Positions 44,225 to 49,969 of a DNA stretch of 49,969 nucleotides are shown here, piece by piece. The DNA comes from Candidatus Aquidulcis sp. (GTDB taxonomy: Bacteria; Chloroflexota; Anaerolineae; Anaerolineales; E44-bin32): contig DYJB01000002.1 in assembly GCA_020723365.1 (NCBI GenBank), positions 7,749 through 57,717 on the forward strand. The letters are read 5' to 3'. Each line of letters starts with the position of its first letter. Position 1 is the first letter of the stretch. The notes below the pieces were generated by a model. It was given only the letters and a program-made list of their open reading frames with translations, was not told the DNA's origin and searched no databases. The position numbers and the translations under genes were made by a program.

Positions 44225-44989
44225 TCAGCGGGTCAGCGGATGCAGGGCTTCAAGGGCCGGGTAGGACGTCAGGTCAAGCTGGAGCGGGGTAATGGAAACC
44301 AGCGCCTGCGACAAGGCCCACAGGTCGGTCCCCTTCTCCAGAATCCCCGTGGGTGCCTCGCCGCCGATCCAGAAGTAGGGTCGGCCGCGCGGGTCCTCCC
44401 TGCGCACAAGCGCGTCGCGATAGAGGCGAAGCCCCTGGCGGGTCAGCGAGATGCCGCGGTAGGCCTCGGCGGGCAGGTTGGGGACGTTCACGTTGAGGAG
44501 CACGCCCGCCGGAAGAGGATGGCTCTGCAGCCGCTCGGCCAACCGGCGGGCGACATCCGCCGCTCCGCGGTAGGCCTCCACCGACGATGGGATCCCCGGT
44601 GAGTCCAGCGAGATGGCCAGCCCGGGGACGCCATTGATGACGGCCTCCATGGCGGCCATGACCGTCCCGCTGTAGGTGACGTCGTGCCCGACGTTGGCGT
44701 GCGGGTTGATGCCGGAGATCACCAGGTCGATGGGTTTCTCGATCAGCCCGAGCACGGCCAGCGCCACGCAGTCGGAGGGTGCGCCATCGGTTGTCATGGC
44801 GGGTGAGCCGTCGGCCAGCGTGAAGGACCAGGCCCGCAGCGGGCGATGCAGCGTCTTGACATGGCCGGAGGCGGACCAGTTGTGATCCGGCGCCAGGACA
44901 CTGACCTCACCCAACGCCCGCAGCGCCTGGGCCAGGGCCAGCAGTCCGGGTGAGTCGACGCCGTCGTCGTTGGTCAGCAGCACGTGCAT
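44225..44989 (-). CDS. surE: 5-prime/3-prime nucleotidase SurE
   Basis: MHVLLTNDDGVDSPGL and GINPHANVG motifs. Confidence 0.92.
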   Translation of the reverse strand: MHVLLTNDDGVDSPGLLALAQALRALGEVSVLAPDHNWSASGHVKTLHRPLRAWSFTLADGSPAMTTDGAPSDCVALAVLGLIEKPIDLVISGINPHANVGHDVTYSGTVMAAMEAVINGVPGLAISLDSPGIPSSVEAYRGAADVARRLAERLQSHPLPAGVLLNVNVPNLPAEAYRGISLTRQGLRLYRDALVRREDPRGRPYFWIGGEAPTGILEKGTDLWALSQALVSITPLQLDLTSYPALEALHPLTR

Positions 44990-45130
44990 CGGGGCCTCCG
45001 CGCGGTGGGCCGATTGTACTCCGCCCTCCGGCGGCGGCCTTTGCCGCTGCGCACGGTCGTTCCGGGCTAGAATTCACACAGCTACAGCGGCGTCGGCGGG
45101 GGGCGGGCTGGCCGTGGTTGAGGGAGGGGC

Positions 45131-46657
45131 ATGGGAACTCGCACGTCGATCGTGATCACCGTGTTGGCGCTGCTGGCGCTCGCCGGCGTGGCCTGCGGTC
45201 TGGGTGGGCAAATCGTTCCGGAACCAACGCCGGTCGAACCGGCACGCGTAGCCCTGCCGACGGCCGCACCTGCCAGTTCCACCGCCGACCTGGCGCGGGC
45301 CACGGTCCAGATCCTGGCGCTGAAGACGGCCGGTGACTCCTATGAGGTTCTGTGGAGCGGCTCGGGAACGATCATACGCGCCGACGGGCTGATCCTGACC
45401 AACGGTCACGTGGTGGACGATCGCCTGGCGGAGTACGAGTTCCTGGGCGTGGCCATCACCGACCGGACGGACGAGCCGCCCGAACTGCTGTACCTGGCCG
45501 AGATCGCTTCCGCCGACTATGCCCTCGACCTGGCCGTGATTCGCATCGTCTCGGATCTCGACGGCAGGCCGGTGGAGCTGAGGCTGCCGGCGATTGCCGT
45601 GGGCGATTCCGATCGGGTGGAGATCGGGGATCACGTGCGCGTGCTGGGCTACCCCGGCATCGGTGGTGAGACCATCACCTTCACGGAAGGCGCCGTCAGC
45701 GGCTTCACCTCCGAGCGCGCCGTTGATGGCCGGGCCTGGATCAAGACCGACGCCACCATCGCCGGCGGCAACTCCGGCGGGATGGCGGTGAACGCCGCCG
45801 GCGAACTGATCGGCATCCCGACGCGCGCCTCGGCCGGCGAGACGGATGGAGACATCGTCGACTGCCGGTCGGTGCTCGACACGAACCGTGACGGGCTGAT
45901 CGACGACAACGACACCTGCGTCCCGATCGGCGGCTTCATCAACGGGTTGCGTCCGGTCAACCTGGCGCGGCCGCTGATCGCCGCGGCCGAGAGCGGCGAA
46001 GCGTACGCCGCCGCCCCGCTGGCGCCGCCCCCCGCGGGCGGCTACGACCTGTCGGACACCTACTTCCGCGGCCTGATCTTCTCCGACGGGGTGTCGGAAG
46101 ACGACCGGCCCAAGGACCTGTGGTACGCGTTGCCCGGCGGCGCCCCCGAGCTGTGCGCCTTCTGGGACTACGAGGGCATGACCGAAGGCATGCGCTGGTC
46201 AGCCTACTGGTTCGTCAACGGCGAGCTGGACGAAGGCGGAAGCTATCTCGACGAGCTGTGGGACGGCGACAGCGCCGGCAACTGGTGGGTGTGCGTCCTG
46301 AACGAAAGCGGGCTGGACGATGGCCTGTACGAGTTGGTCCTGGAGGTCGAGGGCGAGTACATGCTGGCGGATTCGATCTTCGTGGGCGGCGACCATTCCC
46401 TGGTCGATTTCGCGCTGGTAAACGACTCGGGGGAGCAGGTGTGCTACGCCTACATTGCGCCCAGCCAGGCGGAGAACTGGGGACAGGACCGGCTGGGTCG
46501 TGAGGAGTCGGTTTCACCGGGGGAGAGGCGCGAGTTCCAGTTTGCCAGCGGGACCTATGACGTCCTGCTGGCCGATTGCGACGGGATGACGCTGCTGGAG
46601 GAGTACAACATAGACCTGGCGCAGGAACGCACGTTGCGTTTCAGCGGCTCCGGGTGA
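45131..46657 (+). CDS. Secreted trypsin-like (S1C-type) serine protease with unknown C-terminal domain
   Basis: Signal/TM segment. Triad contexts TNGHVV, DLAVIRI and GNSGGMAV. TAGAAT at 45068-45073 and GGGAGGGG RBS. Confidence 0.75.
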   Translation: MGTRTSIVITVLALLALAGVACGLGGQIVPEPTPVEPARVALPTAAPASSTADLARATVQILALKTAGDSYEVLWSGSGTIIRADGLILTNGHVVDDRLAEYEFLGVAITDRTDEPPELLYLAEIASADYALDLAVIRIVSDLDGRPVELRLPAIAVGDSDRVEIGDHVRVLGYPGIGGETITFTEGAVSGFTSERAVDGRAWIKTDATIAGGNSGGMAVNAAGELIGIPTRASAGETDGDIVDCRSVLDTNRDGLIDDNDTCVPIGGFINGLRPVNLARPLIAAAESGEAYAAAPLAPPPAGGYDLSDTYFRGLIFSDGVSEDDRPKDLWYALPGGAPELCAFWDYEGMTEGMRWSAYWFVNGELDEGGSYLDELWDGDSAGNWWVCVLNESGLDDGLYELVLEVEGEYMLADSIFVGGDHSLVDFALVNDSGEQVCYAYIAPSQAENWGQDRLGREESVSPGERREFQFASGTYDVLLADCDGMTLLEEYNIDLAQERTLRFSGSG

Positions 46658-46685
46658 GCCAGGCTTGCAGGTGAGAGAGGGTGTC

Positions 46686-46714
46686 AACCCGGGCCGGCGG
46701 AAGCCGCCCGGGTT
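46686..46714 (+). terminator. Hairpin with GGAA loop after the first protease gene
   Basis: AACCCGGGC(C)GGC-GGAA-GCCGCCCGGGTT followed by CTTCGT. Confidence 0.5.
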
Positions 46715-46870
46715 CTTCGTGCGCCCATCAGGTGGGGAGGCGGCGCTGACTCCGGCTCGTTGGGGGGCGACAGGCGGGATCGGGCAAGGCGATCGACCTG
46801 CCCACTTTCGGGAGCTCATACCCCTGGCCCGTGCCCATCCAGTCAACCCGTTTTCAGATCCATTAGCCGC

Positions 46871-46899
46871 TTGTGCGAATAGCTTACTTACCTTATACT
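46871..46899 (+). promoter_or_regulatory. Candidate promoter (TTGTGC - 17 nt - TATACT) for the second protease gene
   Basis: Lies in the most AT-rich part of the 46658-46949 spacer. Confidence 0.45.
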
Positions 46900-46949
46900 A
46901 CCCACATTCTGCGATTATCGATGTCGCGCGCTACAAGGAGAGCACTCGC

Positions 46950-48569
46950 ATGAGAACGGTCCTGTCCTCCCGGAAAGCTGCGCCTGCACTCGCGCTCCTG
47001 GCGCTGTGGGTGGCCAGCCTGGCCTGCGCCGGCGGCGGTGGTGAGACGCCCGCGCCGGTACAGACCGATGCGCCCGTGGTGACCCAGGCTTCTGTCGGCC
47101 CTTCGTCACGCGGAGCGATCTCGTCGGTCGATGACGTCAAGAGCGCCACGATCCAGATCGTGGCCGAAGGCACGCTCGTTATGCCGGGCGGAACCGTGCC
47201 GAACGCCAACTGGTCGGGCTCCGGCTTCATCATCGACCCCTCCGGCATCGCCGTGACCAACAACCACGTGGTCACGGGAGCGGCTCGGATGAAGGTGCTG
47301 GTCGGCGGCGAGGATGAGCCTCGCAACGCCCGCGTGCTCGGCGTGGCGGAGTGCTCCGATCTGGCCGTGATCGATATCGATGGGGACGGGTTCCCCTTCA
47401 TGGCCTGGCGAGAAGGCTCGGCCGACGTCGGCTTGGATGTGTATGCGGCCGGCTTCCCGCTGGGTGATCCCGAGTACACGCTGACGCGCGGGATCGTCTC
47501 GAAGGCCCGCGCCGACGGCGATCGTGCCTGGACGTCCGTCGACTACGTCCTTGAGCATGACGCCAACATCCAGCCCGGCAACTCCGGCGGGCCGCTGGTC
47601 GACGGGGATGGCAAGGTCGTTGGTGTGAACTACTCCGGCGGCTTCGCGGCGCTCTCGTCGCAGTTCTACGCCATCGCCCAGGCCGAGGCCATCCCGGTGA
47701 TCGAGCAGCTCCGTGAGGGCAAGGACGTCTACTCGCTGGGCCTCAATGGCGAGGCCTTCGTCGACGCCGAATCGGGCTTCTCCGGCATTTGGGTGACATC
47801 CGTGACCTCCGGATCCGTCATGGACAAGGCCGGCGTGCAGCCGGGAGACATCATCTCCTCGCTGGAGGGCATCTCGCTGGGGCGGGGCGGAACGATGGGC
47901 GAGTACTGCGACGTCCTGAAGAGCCACGACCCCGAAGACACCCTGGCGATCGAAGTCATCCGCTTCGCCAGCGGGGAAGTCCTCTCCGGACAGCTGAACG
48001 GCCGCGAGCTGGCCATCGCCTCGACCTTCGGATCGGGTTCGGGCGGCACCAGCGACGACGGCTCGACGGGCGCCTACGGCTCGTATGTGGCCTGGACCGA
48101 CAGCTACGAGGCGATCCAGATCGAGGTCCCCGAGGCATGGGGCGAGGTGACGGGCGACCCGTGGGTGGACGGCGGCGATGTGATCGGTGCGCAACTGATC
48201 GCTGCCCCCAACATCCAGGACTATCTGAACTCCTGGGGTACGCCGGGCGTGACGTTCAGCGTCTCCGACGACCTGGCAAGGCTCGGCGGCTACGTGCAAC
48301 TGCTGGACATCTATCGCGAGACGTACCTCAAGAGCTGTGAGTTCGACGCGAGATACGAGTACGAAGACTCGGCCTTCCGCGGCAAGTACGACGTCTTCGA
48401 GAAGTGCGGCGGCTCAGGCGGTCCGTCGGAACTCGTGTTGGCGGCCGTGCCCAAGTCCAGCTCCGCGGACTACCTGATCCTGGTGGAAGTGACCGTTGTG
48501 AGCGACGCGGATCTTGAGGCGCTGGACCGCATCCTGGCCTCATTCGACGTGGTGGGCTCGCTGCCCTAG
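46950..48569 (+). CDS. HtrA-like serine protease with PDZ domain and extra C-terminal domain
   Basis: Start moved to ATG 46950 (MRTVLSSRKAAPALALLALWVASLAC) with AAGGAGAG RBS. TNNHVV, DLAVIDI, GNSGGPLV, and PDZ-like GIWVTSVTSGSVMDKAGVQPGDII. Confidence 0.75.
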   Translation: MRTVLSSRKAAPALALLALWVASLACAGGGGETPAPVQTDAPVVTQASVGPSSRGAISSVDDVKSATIQIVAEGTLVMPGGTVPNANWSGSGFIIDPSGIAVTNNHVVTGAARMKVLVGGEDEPRNARVLGVAECSDLAVIDIDGDGFPFMAWREGSADVGLDVYAAGFPLGDPEYTLTRGIVSKARADGDRAWTSVDYVLEHDANIQPGNSGGPLVDGDGKVVGVNYSGGFAALSSQFYAIAQAEAIPVIEQLREGKDVYSLGLNGEAFVDAESGFSGIWVTSVTSGSVMDKAGVQPGDIISSLEGISLGRGGTMGEYCDVLKSHDPEDTLAIEVIRFASGEVLSGQLNGRELAIASTFGSGSGGTSDDGSTGAYGSYVAWTDSYEAIQIEVPEAWGEVTGDPWVDGGDVIGAQLIAAPNIQDYLNSWGTPGVTFSVSDDLARLGGYVQLLDIYRETYLKSCEFDARYEYEDSAFRGKYDVFEKCGGSGGPSELVLAAVPKSSSADYLILVEVTVVSDADLEALDRILASFDVVGSLP

Positions 48570-48631
48570 GGCGTTCCCCAGCCCCCAGACGATCGACGGG
48601 CTGGCGGCACCTCGGCCGCCGGCCCGCCCCC

Positions 48632-48668
48632 CCGACTTCCGAAGTCCCCTGGGGACTTCGGAAGTCGG
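48632..48668. repeat. Palindromic repeat element, copy 2 (CCGACTTCCGAAGTCCCC-T-GGGGACTTCGGAAGTCGG)
   Basis: Same 16-bp arms as 33053-33087, here extended to 18 bp and followed by TTTG. Confidence 0.75.
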
Positions 48669-48705
48669 TTTGCTGGTGGCCCCTGTGCAGGAGCGCGCAT
48701 GTGCG

Positions 48706-48733
48706 TTGACAGCCGCCGACCGCATGGTAAGAT
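48706..48733 (+). promoter_or_regulatory. Strong promoter candidate (TTGACA - 16 nt - TGgTAAGAT)
   Basis: Consensus -35 plus extended -10, 213 nt upstream of yacL ATG 48947. Confidence 0.55.
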
Positions 48734-48890
48734 GGTCTTGGCGAGCACGGCGGTCTTTCGTCATCCATCATCCCCGCCGAGCGGCCCCGGCTTCATTTCT
48801 TGATCATCCAGCTGGCCTGCACGACCTGCGCCCGGAAGCAGAGGGCGCGGCTACCCTGGCACTGACCAAGAGCCTGTCTCCGCACACAGC

Positions 48891-48920
48891 GGGGCGGACG
48901 TGAAACCGGGCGTCCGCCCC
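48891..48920 (+). terminator. 10-bp GC hairpin in the yacL leader (attenuator or terminator candidate)
   Basis: GGGGCGGACG-N10-CGTCCGCCCC followed by GCTCGCTTTG, 12 nt before the GGAGGG RBS. Confidence 0.4.
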
Positions 48921-48946
48921 GCTCGCTTTGTGGAGGGCAGGTGCTG

Positions 48947-49969
48947 ATGAGCAGCGAGTTCATTGTCCGTATTGTGGGCATGGTCCTGATGGCCGTCGGC
49001 GGGATCTACCTGGGCGTCTACCTGGGCGACCTGGCGGCCGGGCCGCCCGAACTGTGGGCGGCGGTCTTCGCCATGGTCGGCGCGCTGATGGGCCTGGTGG
49101 TGACGCCGTTCCTGACCACCCGCCCGGTGCGCGCCATCCGCTCGATCGTCGCCCAGGTCTCGGCCCAGACGATGGTCGCCGGACTGATCGGCCTGATCGT
49201 GGGACTGATCGTGGCGGCGCTGATCTCCTTCCCGCTATCGCTTCTGCCCTCCCCCTTTGGGCAGCTGCTGCCGTTCATCGGGGCGCTGTTCTTCACCTAC
49301 CTCGGCATCACCATCTTCGTGCTGCGGCAAAACGATATCCTCGGGCTGCTGCGCAGCCGGCTGGCGACGGTCATCGAGAACGGCGGCCCGGCGGACGCCG
49401 GCGGCCGGAACGTCCTGCTCGACACCAGCGTGATCATCGATGGCAGGATCGCCGATATCGCCCACACCGGCTTCCTTTTCGGCCCGATGGTCGTGCCCGG
49501 CTTCGTGCTGGCGGAACTGCAGCACATCGCCGACTCGCCCGACGGCCTCAAGCGGCAGCGCGGGCGGCGCGGGCTGGATATCCTCAACCGGCTGCAGAAG
49601 GAGCCGGGCATGCCCTTCCGCATCACCGACCTGGATGTGGAGGGTGCGCGCGGGGTCGATGACAAGCTTGTGATCCTGGCCAAACAGATGCGCTGCCCGA
49701 TCCTGACCAACGACTACAACCTCAACCGCGTGGCCGAGCTGCAGGGCGTGACGGTGCTCAACATCAACGAGCTGGCCAATGCCGTCAAGGCCGTCTACCT
49801 GCCGGGCGAGGACCTGGAAGTGCACGTGCTCCAGGAGGGCAAGGAGACCGGGCAGGGGGTCGGCTACCTGGATGACGGCACGATGGTCGTGGTCGAGGCG
49901 GGGCGCGAGCAGATCGGGCGGACGGTGTCGGTGACGGTGACGAAAGTGCTCCAGACGGCGGCCGGGCGG
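48947..49969 (+). CDS. yacL: PIN/TRAM-domain membrane protein YacL-like (3-prime end outside window; absent from the ORF track because no stop is reached)
   Basis: Hand translation of frame 2: MSSEFIVRIVGMVLMAVGG..., LLDTSVIIDGRIADI, ELQHIADSPDGLKRQRGRRGLDIL, TNDYNLNRVAELQGVTVLNINELANAVK, GKETGQGVGYLDDGTMVVVE, VTKVLQTAAGR. The frame is open to the last base. Confidence 0.85.
   Translation, partial: MSSEFIVRIVGMVLMAVGGIYLGVYLGDLAAGPPELWAAVFAMVGALMGLVVTPFLTTRPVRAIRSIVAQVSAQTMVAGLIGLIVGLIVAALISFPLSLLPSPFGQLLPFIGALFFTYLGITIFVLRQNDILGLLRSRLATVIENGGPADAGGRNVLLDTSVIIDGRIADIAHTGFLFGPMVVPGFVLAELQHIADSPDGLKRQRGRRGLDILNRLQKEPGMPFRITDLDVEGARGVDDKLVILAKQMRCPILTNDYNLNRVAELQGVTVLNINELANAVKAVYLPGEDLEVHVLQEGKETGQGVGYLDDGTMVVVEAGREQIGRTVSVTVTKVLQTAAGR

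Noticed and set aside
48795-48875. Possible SRP (4.5S) RNA because of CCCGGAAGCAG
   Set aside because: The GGAA is not closed by the short helix that SRP domain IV requires, nor followed by the GGAAGCAGCC-type symmetric loop. The arms flanking it are very unequal in length.

Overview
49,969-bp, visibly very GC-rich bacterial chromosomal window. I recognised no rRNA, tRNA, CRISPR array, transposase or integrase. It holds about 39 protein genes, mostly housekeeping and rich in replication and repair functions: rpsA, clpC, radA, dnaA, priA, holA, holB, dus, spoVS, surE and yacL. There is also an NAD-linked formate dehydrogenase operon (nuoE-like, nuoF-like, fdhA, fdhD). A less ordinary block at 22.4-28.3 kb carries two deoxynucleoside kinases flanking a nucleotidyltransferase, a solitary DNA methyltransferase and three paralogous lipoproteins. 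SpoVS, a GAAC-N4-GTTC box, -10 hexamers abutting start codons and Pro/Thr-rich lipoproteins suggest a Chloroflexota-like organism; this is inference only. Main observations: (1) an A9 slippery run at the end of a ChlI-like AAA+ gene, where a -1 shift would fuse it to the downstream startless vWA reading frame and recreate a ChlD-like protein; (2) fdhA is split in the ORF track by an in-frame TGA followed by a SECIS-like hairpin, so it likely encodes selenocysteine; (3) a class-A PBP homologue in which every catalytic motif I could align by eye is substituted; (4) a near-consensus promoter overlapped by a LexA-type box upstream of an unknown 78-aa ORF; (5) clpC interrupted by an apparent +1 frameshift; (6) several palindromic repeats and structured non-coding regions not explained by the genes. 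All coordinates were derived by hand and anchored to ORF-track boundaries. No database search or folding computation was possible.
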